Below, one piece after another: positions 19,785 to 28,890 of a DNA stretch of 64,000 nucleotides; the stretch's first letter is position 1; each line of letters starts with the position of its first letter. The notes below the pieces were generated by a model. That model worked only from the letters and a program-made list of their open reading frames with translations, had not been told where the DNA came from and ran no database searches. The position numbers and the translations under genes are program-made. Source of the DNA: Desulfobacteraceae bacterium (GTDB lineage: Bacteria; Desulfobacterota; Desulfobacteria; Desulfobacterales; Desulfosalsimonadaceae). The stretch spans positions 929 to 64,928 of the forward strand of contig JAABTJ010000010.1 of NCBI GenBank assembly GCA_011389935.1, written 5' to 3'.

Positions 19785-20468
19785 TTAGGACACCGTTTGA
19801 ATAAAAGATTCGCCAATGTTGCTCAGCACGAAACGATATAAAACATACAGCACCCCATAAAGCAGCACCGGCGCAGCCAGGAGGATTCCGGTAACAGGGG
19901 AAAACCCGCCTTTTGAAATGCCGGCCAGGGCATTCTCCGCATCCGGTGCATAGGCTTCCGGGAACATCTCCCGGTTCTCAAGGGTGGGAATCCCCATGGA
20001 ACTGCCGGTCAGAATTTTCAGATTCTCGTTTTTCAATCCCTCCAGGAGCACCTTATCCCCTTCATTGCGATATTGGCCGGTAAATCCCATGGCCAGGCAG
20101 AGATAGTATATTTCCCGCACATCGGCCTGATGAAGGCCGATCTGGTTCAAGCGATCAAAAAAAAGCTCGCCTGCGTCCACCGTTTCATAATACTGGCGCT
20201 GGAGCAGCGCCTTCTGCCACATGCGCTTCCCCTCCCAGTCGGAGTTCATGATGGCCTCATCAATCCACGCAAAAACGGCAAACCGGGCCATGTCATAATC
20301 CCCGGGATTGATACCCCCTTTTCCCATATCGCTCTCACTTTGCCCGATGAGCCGCTGGACATCCCTTCTGACCGTCTCATAATCGGGCTGATTGCCGGAA
20401 TCTTTGCGCAAAAGGAGGGCGACATACGCCATCAGCAGGACAAAACAATCAACAAGCCGCATTTTCAA
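19785..20468 (-). CDS. tssL: T6SS membrane protein TssL (DotU family), no peptidoglycan-binding extension
   Basis: 227 aa. DotU-like cytoplasmic domain plus a single C-terminal TM segment (ILLAAPVLLYGVLYVLY). Confidence 0.88.
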   Translation of the reverse strand: MKMRLVDCFVLLMAYVALLLRKDSGNQPDYETVRRDVQRLIGQSESDMGKGGINPGDYDMARFAVFAWIDEAIMNSDWEGKRMWQKALLQRQYYETVDAGELFFDRLNQIGLHQADVREIYYLCLAMGFTGQYRNEGDKVLLEGLKNENLKILTGSSMGIPTLENREMFPEAYAPDAENALAGISKGGFSPVTGILLAAPVLLYGVLYVLYRFVLSNIGESFIQTVS

Positions 20469-21856
20469 GTCCTCTCCACGACCATCATTTCAATTTTTAA
20501 ATCCTGGGGGGCGGAATCCCAGTACAATGCGAGATTTTTTTCCCGCTGCACCTGTGCCCAGTGGTCATTGTTGTGATCAATCTGGAAATACGAGCAGTGC
20601 GCCCGCCTCGGCAATTCCTGCGGGGGGACGGGCATGTGCTGAAGCTTGATTCCAGGAAGGGACCTGGCAATAAGGATGGGAAGAAGTTCCCGGGTGCCCA
20701 GTTTCGCAATGTTTTGCGCGTCCGGAACCATTGTCGCAGGGTCGGCTTCCGTCTCGAAAACGAGGAAATACCGGTTCCGCCCTTCAAAAACCGAGGGCGA
20801 AAGCTCCGCGCTGAAATAGGTCTCGTCGTATATCAACTGAATCACATGTTCCGGGCCTGCCGTAATTTCATCAAGCAGCCGGACGATCATTTTTTGAACC
20901 CCGGAGAAGCAGGCCCCCAGATCCTCATGGTCGTAGGGGGGGAGCAGGACACTGCCGTCGGCCAGCTCCCCGGTAACAGAAATGTGCGCCGAAAAAGCGG
21001 ACAGTTCGCCGGCCAGTTGCCGCAGTATTCCGTAAACATGCCAGGGACTTACTCTTTTTGTCTCGGTCAAATGGTGCAGCATCGGCACGTATCGATTCAA
21101 AGAACGCAGGGCAAGCAGAAAAACCATGTCTCTTGCACCGAAATCCGAGGTATGAATGCCGCGCTCCCGTTTGTAGGCCTCCAGCTGCCGCGCCCGGGAG
21201 GCAACCTGGTCCCGTATCTCCCGGAGCCGTTTTAAAAGCGTGTCAGCCCCCCCAAGGCTGATGCATGGCGGAATAAACCGGCTTGATAAAACCGTTTCTT
21301 CGCCGCTTTTTTCCAGCCTGCCGATGGGGATCAACTCATAATCACCGGAAACCTCCCTTTCCGTTTCCCAGATCAATTTCAAGACGTAATAAAGGCGCTT
21401 GACCTGTGCCGGAGGGCCTCCCTGATGACAATCAGGGGCTTCTTCCGCATCTGCAAGCGCTGCGAACCGGGTGTCCACATCGGATATGGAATGGATACTG
21501 GAGATAACCGTCACGTTCTCGTCGGATTCGTTCCATTTTCGTACCCCGAGATAAACCTGGATTCCCTTCCCGTCGTCCATCCAGGCCTCCTCAAAAGACC
21601 GGGATTCAATAACGGCGTTGCCGGGAAGCGCCACGTAGGTCATATCCGGAAAAAGGAATTTACCTTGTAAAAGTTCGAACGAATGGTTTCCCAGAGCAGC
21701 CTCACGAATCTCCATTTCTCCCACGCCCCAGAAATGAGGCGTTATAAAGCGGTTGTACGGCTCCAACAGCGCCTGGTCATACCGATCCTTGATCTGGAAG
21801 TGCTGGGGCTGTAGAAAAAGGCCCTGATACCAGAAAAGCGGTCGTTCCATATTCAA
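20465..21856 (-). CDS. tssK: T6SS baseplate protein TssK
   Basis: 463 aa. N-terminus PLFWYQGLFLQPQHFQ is the TssK hallmark. Confidence 0.92.
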   Translation of the reverse strand: MNMERPLFWYQGLFLQPQHFQIKDRYDQALLEPYNRFITPHFWGVGEMEIREAALGNHSFELLQGKFLFPDMTYVALPGNAVIESRSFEEAWMDDGKGIQVYLGVRKWNESDENVTVISSIHSISDVDTRFAALADAEEAPDCHQGGPPAQVKRLYYVLKLIWETEREVSGDYELIPIGRLEKSGEETVLSSRFIPPCISLGGADTLLKRLREIRDQVASRARQLEAYKRERGIHTSDFGARDMVFLLALRSLNRYVPMLHHLTETKRVSPWHVYGILRQLAGELSAFSAHISVTGELADGSVLLPPYDHEDLGACFSGVQKMIVRLLDEITAGPEHVIQLIYDETYFSAELSPSVFEGRNRYFLVFETEADPATMVPDAQNIAKLGTRELLPILIARSLPGIKLQHMPVPPQELPRRAHCSYFQIDHNNDHWAQVQREKNLALYWDSAPQDLKIEMMVVERT

Positions 21857-22470
21857 TTTCCTTTAACCGATAGTATTTGTTGGGGGCCCAAGGTGATTTG
21901 AATCTCAACATGCTGCGGTTTCTGCTTCTTTTTCCGCCATAAAAAACCGCTCCGTTCGACAGTGACGGGGATATCGTACATGCTTACGATTCTTTCCTTT
22001 TCAATGGTGTAGTATCCGGCGACCATGGCCACATGCCTGGCCCCCTGGGCCCGGTCAAGGACCTTGTGCTGGTCTTCGCCCGGATGAACGAACAGCCGGG
22101 TGGACGTCGCAACAGAGGCATCGAACAATTCGCACTCAAGGAGCCTATAAAGGCCTGCGGCATCCGCGGCCAGCCGATCGAACGGGATCGGGTTTTCAAG
22201 CTGGTATACGCAGACAAGCAGGGTGTGGGGAGCGCCGTCTTTCAGGTTCAGCTGGGGGTCGGCCTTGATGTGAAGATCAATGGCCTCCCGCTGAAACGTC
22301 CAGTCGGGGGGAGGAAGCGACGACGCACATGCGCTGATGACCAAAACAGAAAGGATTACCAGCAGATACCGCCCGTCACGTCCGGAGCGCACGATCGTGT
22401 TTTTTAGAAAGGTCCTGGCATTTTTTTTCAAATTCACGCAAAAAGCCCTCCATGAAATTTCCCGAATCAA
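21853..22470 (-). CDS. tssJ: T6SS outer-membrane lipoprotein TssJ
   Basis: Lipobox LVISAC followed by LNLKDGAPHTLLVCVYQLENPIPF, which is TssJ-like. The real start is probably the GTG at 22392 (VRSGRDGRYLL...), which reduces the overlap with the upstream gene to 17 nt. Confidence 0.8.
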   Translation of the reverse strand: MIREISWRAFCVNLKKNARTFLKNTIVRSGRDGRYLLVILSVLVISACASSLPPPDWTFQREAIDLHIKADPQLNLKDGAPHTLLVCVYQLENPIPFDRLAADAAGLYRLLECELFDASVATSTRLFVHPGEDQHKVLDRAQGARHVAMVAGYYTIEKERIVSMYDIPVTVERSGFLWRKKKQKPQHVEIQITLGPQQILSVKGN

Positions 22471-23134
22471 CCCAGCGTTTTATTCTATCAAATTTATCCG
22501 TATACGCTTCAAAGCAGTCCGCCTTTCGAAACGGACCAGGTTTCCAGCTGCGGGGAGTCTCGCGACCAATCCGTTCCGGATCGATTTCGTCCAGGATCCG
22601 CAGGACTTGATTCAGGGCGGTTTCTTTAAATGATTGCTGCACGGTTAGAAAAGCGTTATTGATCTGGCCGAGATGGGCTTCCAGGGGCGTTGATGATGCA
22701 GTCCCCTCCAACTGAGAGCCGATTACCTGTCGAATGGTTTTGTCATTATCCGGGGCGCCCCCGAGCGTTTTGTTGATAATACCGATCAGGTGGTTAAGCG
22801 CGTCGAATATGGTATTCAAGGATTCCCACAACCGGCGGGCCAGCTCCTCGGAGGAAAGATCGGACCGGAAAACCTGTTTGCCGAGCAGCAATGCGGATAT
22901 TTGTGCCATCAGATCCTCATCGATCTCTATGCCTGCGCCTGCGGGTGGCTGTTCTACGGCCCCTTCAAATTCAGCAACCAGTTTTTCCAGCATCTTGAGC
23001 TTTTCGCCATCCGGCAGATGGTGAAACTTTTCCTGCAAAAAGGCTTCAATGTCGGCCGCTGCATTTTCAGCGTCGGATTTGTAAAGGTGCCATACGTCGG
23101 ATGCCAGTTGGTCGAGCAGTATGGGTTCCGTCAT
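22376..23134 (-). CDS. Hypothetical, apparently all-helical, acidic protein; second gene of the T6SS array
   Basis: ORF 22376-23197. I place the start at the ATG at 23134 (MTEPILLDQL...), 13 nt after the upstream stop. Co-directional with tssJ and overlapping it. No family recognised. Confidence 0.6.
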   Translation of the reverse strand: MTEPILLDQLASDVWHLYKSDAENAAADIEAFLQEKFHHLPDGEKLKMLEKLVAEFEGAVEQPPAGAGIEIDEDLMAQISALLLGKQVFRSDLSSEELARRLWESLNTIFDALNHLIGIINKTLGGAPDNDKTIRQVIGSQLEGTASSTPLEAHLGQINNAFLTVQQSFKETALNQVLRILDEIDPERIGRETPRSWKPGPFRKADCFEAYTDKFDRIKRWVDSGNFMEGFLREFEKKCQDLSKKHDRALRT

Positions 23135-23147
23135 AATAAAACCGCCG

Positions 23148-24485
23148 CTATTTGTTGTTCCCGGTTTTGCACCGGCCGATGATAACCGTTTTTTCAAGGC
23201 GGACGTCTGCAGTGCCGTCTGCTGCCGGTTTTTCGGCCGCCGCTGACTTTTTTTCTGCGCCCGGTTTTCCTCCCGGGGTCTGGTCCGGACCTGCGTCCCC
23301 GTTCACGGATTGACCCGGCATATACTCCCCATCGGACGAGGACGGCGCCTTGATGGCCGCGGGGCTGATAATCCGTGTCTTTTCCAGCCCCCCGGCATTG
23401 TCTGCAGCGTTGTTTTTTGACGGTGCGGCTTGTTTTGACGACGGTCGAAGGATGCGGGTCTTTGCCAGGGCATCACCGGCCGGACCGACACCGGCTGCCG
23501 CATGAGAATCCTTCATCCCGGAACGCCACCGGAGCAGGATGCGCTGCAAAACTGCCGCGATCGGCTGCTCTTCTTTACCGGCGCCGCTGGACACACCCCC
23601 TTTTGCGGTTCTTTCTCCGGGTTTTGCCAATGCCGCGCCGGACTCCAGTCTCCCGCGATCTGCGGCGCTGATCTGATCCGCACGGAATGTCAGCATGTAA
23701 AAGGGGTACAATGAAAAAACGGATATTCTTTCAAATACAGGCTCCTCTGGCCCATAGCAGGTTTGCCGCTGGCTGCAGCTTGGACAGGGAACCGGACTTT
23801 TAACGGGATCCGACCCCTCACCGATCAAGCCTGTTTTCCGGATCAAACCGGTCTGGTCGATCACCCATTCCGGGTCATCCGGTTTTTTTTCAAATGCGTA
23901 GAATTCGGCCATCATCCCCGCGCTGACGCATAAATCGCAAAACAGGAAGCGTTCAAGCGTTGTGGAATAAGGGGGCAGCCCGTATTCGTTCAGGAGCACA
24001 TCATTTCGGCAAAGGCGCAGCGCCCGCCCGCAGCGGGGGCATACCGGCGGGAAATAGACCTTCTTCGACCGGCAGAAAAATAAGGATTGAAACGGCAGCA
24101 GCGTATGGTCATGGCTGATTTGATCCTTTAAGAGCAGCAGCGCCCCGCTCCCGCTTGCCCCGGATCCGCGATATGCGGAAAACAGCTTTTGCCATTGCGC
24201 CTCCACCAACACATTGTTGTACAATGACGAGCCCGCCGGTTCAGCGGCGCACACGTCTTTCTGGACAAATAAAATCATAGGCACTACGGGCTGGTCTGCG
24301 TCGGTACAAAGGGTCGCCGGAAGAATTCTGGAAAACGGGGCGGCGTCTGAAATGCCTGAAAAAGGGGATGGGGTCGATACGCGGCCATAACCATCCGGGA
24401 ACGTCGGGGACAAACGCAGATAAAACCGGTTTGTTTCCGACGAAAGATAGGGAATCAATGAGGCTGCGTCAATAATCATTGTCAC
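23148..24485 (-). CDS. Hypothetical Cys-rich (putative zinc-ribbon) protein with a disordered C-terminal tail; first gene of the T6SS array
   Basis: 445 aa. Cys pairs CPRCG...C, CDLC and CPSCSQRQTC. The C-terminal ~170 aa is Ala/Gly/Pro/Lys-rich and carries three K-T-[RV]-I-[LI] motifs. Preceded by a 415-nt AT-rich divergent intergenic region. Confidence 0.7.
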   Translation of the reverse strand: MTMIIDAASLIPYLSSETNRFYLRLSPTFPDGYGRVSTPSPFSGISDAAPFSRILPATLCTDADQPVVPMILFVQKDVCAAEPAGSSLYNNVLVEAQWQKLFSAYRGSGASGSGALLLLKDQISHDHTLLPFQSLFFCRSKKVYFPPVCPRCGRALRLCRNDVLLNEYGLPPYSTTLERFLFCDLCVSAGMMAEFYAFEKKPDDPEWVIDQTGLIRKTGLIGEGSDPVKSPVPCPSCSQRQTCYGPEEPVFERISVFSLYPFYMLTFRADQISAADRGRLESGAALAKPGERTAKGGVSSGAGKEEQPIAAVLQRILLRWRSGMKDSHAAAGVGPAGDALAKTRILRPSSKQAAPSKNNAADNAGGLEKTRIISPAAIKAPSSSDGEYMPGQSVNGDAGPDQTPGGKPGAEKKSAAAEKPAADGTADVRLEKTVIIGRCKTGNNK

Positions 24486-24835
24486 AATCGCATTTAACTC
24501 AATGTGAAAGGATTATCTCAATAAATCATGCGCTCCACGTATCATTTTCCGGTGGTGTGTAATCGGATCTGTGCGTTTTGGATGCCGTTTCCAAAACAAC
24601 CTTTACAGGTGCTTGTTTCAGAAGATCGTCGCGCTGCGGCATATCAGGAAGACAATTGCGCCCTTTTTAAAGGCCCCGGGGCAATCAAAAGGACACGCCA
24701 TCATATATATATTTTTATAATATTTTTTCAGTAAATGTCCAGCAATAATTCAAATACAATGCAAGAGGGGTTATGTCCGGCGTTACCCCCAAGGTTTCAC
24801 CTGAATCTAAATAACAAATGCAATTGCAATTCTTC

Positions 24836-24864
24836 TTGACATGAAAAATAAAAAAGCGTTTAAT
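24836..24864 (+). promoter_or_regulatory. Putative sigma70 promoter of the rpsF operon
   Basis: TTGACA (24836-24841), 17-nt spacer, TTTAAT (24859-24864), about 78 nt upstream of the rpsF ATG. Confidence 0.4.
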
Positions 24865-24941
24865 TATGAGATTTAAAAATTCACCTCATCCTTGCTCCGG
24901 TGACCACTTCGCCGGGGCTGAATGAACCGAAAGGAGCAGGA

Positions 24942-25409
24942 ATGAACAGGTACGAAACGTTTATCATTTTCGAAGCGGACCTCGCGGAAGAGGAACGCAA
25001 GGCGATTCTTGAGCGTGTCGAGTCGCTTATCTCCGGAGACAACGGGCTCCTCCTGGTCTTTGATGAATGGGGCAGCCGAAAACTGGCTTATCCCATCCGG
25101 AAAAAGAACCAGGGCTACTACGTGCGCGCGGATTACTGCGCTACCGGGAATGCCGTTTTGTCCATCGAAAGAATTCTCAGCCAGGACCAGCGGATTTTGC
25201 GATTTATGACGGTTCGACTGGAAGCAGACGCCGATCCGGAAACCCTGAAGGCGGAAATGGCAGCACCTGAAGAGGTGCCCGCCGCCGTTGAGCCGGAGAA
25301 GGATGTTGCCGAAACGAAAAGCGAACCAGCCGAAATGGAAACAGCGGCGGCCGAAGACGAAACGCCGTCAACTGTTGAAACCGAAAGCGAAAGCGTCGAT
25401 AAGGAGTAG
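24942..25409 (+). CDS. rpsF: 30S ribosomal protein S6 with acidic C-terminal tail
   Basis: MNRYETFIIFEADL...WGSRKLAYPI is S6. AAGGAG RBS before the ATG at 24942; the track ORF starts upstream at a GTG at 24900. Confidence 0.93.
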   Translation: MNRYETFIIFEADLAEEERKAILERVESLISGDNGLLLVFDEWGSRKLAYPIRKKNQGYYVRADYCATGNAVLSIERILSQDQRILRFMTVRLEADADPETLKAEMAAPEEVPAAVEPEKDVAETKSEPAEMETAAAEDETPSTVETESESVDKE

Positions 25410-25415
25410 CAGAAA

Positions 25416-25661
25416 ATGGCGGTAATGACAAAAAGACGTTTTTTCCATCGGCGCAAAGTATGCCGCTTCTGTGCCGACGGCAAACTCAAAATAAATTACA
25501 AGGAACCCAACACGCTCAAATATTTTATTACCGAGCGGGGGAAAATCATACCACGGCGGATATCGGGAACCTGTGCAAAACACCAGCGCCACCTTGCCCT
25601 TGAAATCAAGCGTGCGCGGAAAATCGCCCTTCTGCCGTACGTAGGGAATTACGAGCAGTAA
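25416..25661 (+). CDS. rpsR: 30S ribosomal protein S18
   Basis: 81 aa. [45 protein letters not shown] is S18. Confidence 0.95.
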   Translation: MAVMTKRRFFHRRKVCRFCADGKLKINYKEPNTLKYFITERGKIIPRRISGTCAKHQRHLALEIKRARKIALLPYVGNYEQ

Positions 25662-25746
25662 AAGCGGCTTCAACACCGGGGATAAGACAAGGCCGGATTA
25701 TACCGGATCCGCTTACACAATCCGGTCTGCAGGAGCACAGATTCGA

Positions 25747-26712
25747 TTGGCCAGATCGTCACTTGATGCAACCGCGGGGGAATTGCTTGCCGGCGCGGCG
25801 ATTATTACCCTTGGCTGCGCAACAGCAGCGTACATCCCGGTACTGGGATTTGCGTGCTTCTTTCTTCTGCCGCTCCCTGCGATGTTTTACCATGTCAGGC
25901 ACGGCGGCCACGCGGCTTTCATCGTATCCGCCCTGCCCCTGTTGATTCTTTCCCTGCTTTCATGGGGAATTCATACCGATACGCTATTGATGGCAGGGAT
26001 GCTGGGGTATGGACTGCTGCTTGGAAATTATGTCAAGCATAATGCCGCTATTGAAAAGACAATCGCCTATCCGGCATTGATGATCCTTGCAGGGGCCTTT
26101 TTCATAATTGTCCTGGCGGGAAACCTGTCCGGGGCCGGGCCCTTTGGTCTTGTCTCGGACCATATTCAACAGAATCTGGAATTAACGGTTGCGCTCTACA
26201 AGCAGGTGGAAGCTTCCGAGGAAACCATCCGGATGCTCGAAGCGTCCATCGACAGGATACATTATGCCCTGCTGGCCATATTTCCGGCCATTACGGCGGC
26301 GGCGCTGTTGATTAGCGGATGGATCAACCTGCTTTTGGGACGAATCACGCTCAAAGCGGCGGGATTCCATTTGCCCGCCCTGGGCCGGCTGAATGTATGG
26401 CAGGCACCGGACTCCCTGGTTTGGGGCGTTATCGCCTGCAGCCTGTTTCTGCTTCTGCCGTTCCAGGCGCCGCGGATTATTGCGCTCAATATTTTAATCG
26501 TGGTACTGATGGTTTATCTGTTCCAGGGATTTGCCATCATATCCTTTTATTTTGACAAAAAAGAGGTTCCTGTGTTTATCCGGGCGTTGATATACGGTGC
26601 CGTCGCCATCCAGCAGTTTCTTCTGCTGTTTGTGATCGGGCTCGGGTTTTTCGACACCTGGCTGAACCTGAGGCGAATAAATGCCGGGGGCAATGAACCG
26701 TCATCATCATAA
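25747..26712 (+). CDS. Polytopic membrane protein, DUF2232/YybS-like
   Basis: 321 aa with many hydrophobic segments. Sits in the conserved slot between rpsR and rplI. Start codon uncertain (TTG in the track). Confidence 0.7.
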   Translation: MARSSLDATAGELLAGAAIITLGCATAAYIPVLGFACFFLLPLPAMFYHVRHGGHAAFIVSALPLLILSLLSWGIHTDTLLMAGMLGYGLLLGNYVKHNAAIEKTIAYPALMILAGAFFIIVLAGNLSGAGPFGLVSDHIQQNLELTVALYKQVEASEETIRMLEASIDRIHYALLAIFPAITAAALLISGWINLLLGRITLKAAGFHLPALGRLNVWQAPDSLVWGVIACSLFLLLPFQAPRIIALNILIVVLMVYLFQGFAIISFYFDKKEVPVFIRALIYGAVAIQQFLLLFVIGLGFFDTWLNLRRINAGGNEPSSS

Positions 26713-26917
26713 CAGGCAGCGCCGAAACGGAAACCGCAATTTTTTTTACACGTTCGAGAAAAACGCCCCGCCATGCGGAGCAACCGACGGAATACGGGGC
26801 GTCGTATTTTGACAATTCCAATTTGAGGCCTGATGCAAAGGCCCGGCCAGGGACTTTGGCGGAAAAGACGGTTTTCGTTCAGGCGCCAGGTATAAAACGT
26901 ACACCGGAGGGTACAAA

Positions 26918-27385
26918 ATGAGAGTCATATTGAAAGAAACCATCGACTCCCTCGGAATCATCGGTTCCGAAGTGGATGTAAAAAAAGGGTATGCCAGAAA
27001 CTTCCTGATTCCCCAGGGGAAAGCGGTTTTCGCCACCGAGCAGAGCCGCCGGCAGATGGAGCAGGAAAGGGCCAAAATTGAACTCCAGATGGCAAAAGAG
27101 CGGGAAACTGCAGCGCAGATGGCGGCAAAGATCGAAGGCCTGGTCTGCCGTATTCCTGCGAAAGTGGCCGAGGGAGAACGCCTCTACGGTTCCGTGACCA
27201 CGAAAGACATCGCGGAAGCCATGAAACAGCAAAACATTGAGATTCCCAAAAGGATGATCCTGCTTGTCGAACCCATCAAGCAGACCGGCACATACCAGGT
27301 GCCCATACGGATATACAAGGACGTCGAACCGGAAATTACCGTGGAAGTCGTTTCGGACAAGATGGAAGCGGAAACGCAGCAATAG
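26918..27385 (+). CDS. rplI: 50S ribosomal protein L9
   Basis: MRVILKETIDSLGIIGSEVDVKKGYARNFLIPQGKAV is L9. Confidence 0.95.
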   Translation: MRVILKETIDSLGIIGSEVDVKKGYARNFLIPQGKAVFATEQSRRQMEQERAKIELQMAKERETAAQMAAKIEGLVCRIPAKVAEGERLYGSVTTKDIAEAMKQQNIEIPKRMILLVEPIKQTGTYQVPIRIYKDVEPEITVEVVSDKMEAETQQ

Positions 27386-27408
27386 GGAGGCGTCCCGCGA
27401 GCACGGCA

Positions 27409-27432
27409 GCGGGCACGGTTCGCCGTGCCCGC
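27409..27432 (+). other. Perfect 10-bp GC-rich stem with TTCG tetraloop between rplI and dnaB
   Basis: GCGGGCACGG-TTCG-CCGTGCCCGC. No T-tract follows, so it is not a classic intrinsic terminator. It may be an attenuator or RNA-stability element. Confidence 0.45.
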
Positions 27433-27469
27433 GCATTGAACGGATTCATCCTTGCGTTGACAGGTACCC

Positions 27470-28858
27470 ATGAAAAAAGCAGGTTCCAAGGCCACAACCG
27501 ACCCCTCCTTTCAAAAACTGCCCCCCCAGAGCATCGAGGCGGAAGAGTCCATCATCAGCGCCGCTCTTTTGGACAACGACATACTTCTGGATATCCTGGA
27601 AACCGTCGCGCCCGATGATTTCTACAAGCCCGCTCACAGTAAAATTTTTTCGGCCATCACGGAGCTGTTTTCGGAAGGCGAGCCGGTCGACCTGGTCACC
27701 CTTGCCGAGCGCCTGAGACACAACAATCAGCTCGAATCCGTGGGCGGCGCGGTCTACCTCGCCAAAATCGTCGATACGGCACCGGTGCCGGCCAATGCAA
27801 AGCATTATGCCAGGATCATTCATGAAAAAGCCTCCCTGCGCAAAATGATTGCCACTGCCAGTGAAATCGTCACCCGGTGCTACGAGGAAAGCGGGGACGT
27901 GGACGAGGTGATCGATTATGCGGAAAGCATGCTCTTTGACATTGCGGAGCAGAAGGTCAAGCACAACATTTTCCCCCTGGGGAAACTGATCGATTCCAAC
28001 ATCGATGCCCTGGAGGAACGCCAGGGTTCAGGATCGATGATGAATGGCGTCCCTTCCGGGTTTAAAAAGCTCGACAAGCTGACATCGGGTTTCCAAAGAT
28101 CCGATTTGATCATCACGGCTGCCCGGCCCGGTATGGGGAAAACCGCTTTTGCCCTGAACCTGGCCCGCCACAGCGCGGTGGAAGCGGAAATCCCTGTTGC
28201 GATTTTTTCCCTGGAAATGTCCAAAGAGCAGTTGTCGCTCCGGCTGCTGTGCTCGGAAGCAAGAATTGATTCCGCACGCGTCCGGGAATGTTTTTTCAAC
28301 GAAGACGACTGGCTCAGCCTGACCAACGCCGCAGGCGTTCTTTCCGGGGCCCCCATTTTCATCGATGACTCGACCAATCTGAGCTCCCTTGACATCAAAA
28401 CCAAAGCCCGCCGGTTAAAACGGGAAAAAAACATCGGGATGATCATTATCGATTACCTCCAGCTCATGCGGCCGGCAAGGGCGCAGGAGCGGCGGGATCT
28501 GGAAATTTCCGAAATGTCCAGGACGCTCAAAAACCTGGCAAAAGAGCTGAGCATACCGGTCATCGCCTTGTCCCAGCTAAACCGCCGCCTGGAGGAAAGA
28601 AGCGACAAGCGGCCCCAGCTTTCTGACCTGAGAGAGTCCGGCGCCCTTGAACAAGACGCGGATCTGGTTATATTTATATACAGGGATGACGTGTACAACA
28701 CGGATGAAAACAATCCCAACAAAAACATTGCCGAAATCCACCTGGCAAAACAGAGAAGCGGGCCGACCGGCTCGTGCCGCCTTGTTTTCAAGGGGGAATA
28801 CACCCGGTTCGAGAACATGGCATACGGCGATTTCGGCGGGGCGCTGGAAAGCCCCTGA
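27470..28858 (+). CDS. dnaB: Replicative DNA helicase DnaB
   Basis: 462 aa. PPQSIEAEESIISAALLDN start, Walker A ARPGMGKTAF, and the LRESGALEQDADLV motif. Confidence 0.95.
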   Translation: MKKAGSKATTDPSFQKLPPQSIEAEESIISAALLDNDILLDILETVAPDDFYKPAHSKIFSAITELFSEGEPVDLVTLAERLRHNNQLESVGGAVYLAKIVDTAPVPANAKHYARIIHEKASLRKMIATASEIVTRCYEESGDVDEVIDYAESMLFDIAEQKVKHNIFPLGKLIDSNIDALEERQGSGSMMNGVPSGFKKLDKLTSGFQRSDLIITAARPGMGKTAFALNLARHSAVEAEIPVAIFSLEMSKEQLSLRLLCSEARIDSARVRECFFNEDDWLSLTNAAGVLSGAPIFIDDSTNLSSLDIKTKARRLKREKNIGMIIIDYLQLMRPARAQERRDLEISEMSRTLKNLAKELSIPVIALSQLNRRLEERSDKRPQLSDLRESGALEQDADLVIFIYRDDVYNTDENNPNKNIAEIHLAKQRSGPTGSCRLVFKGEYTRFENMAYGDFGGALESP

Positions 28859-28890
28859 TGGAGAGAAAAGGAGAATATCCCTAACCATAC

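Noticed and set aside
24528-24734. 68-aa ORF in the divergent intergenic region between the T6SS array and rpsF
   Set aside because: No RBS, and it sits in an AT-rich promoter-like region. It is more likely non-coding regulatory DNA.
24486-24900. Sigma54 (GG-N10-GC) promoter for the T6SS operon; also searched in 15324-15516
   Set aside because: I scanned both strands by eye and found no element with correct spacing. No enhancer-binding protein gene is present either.
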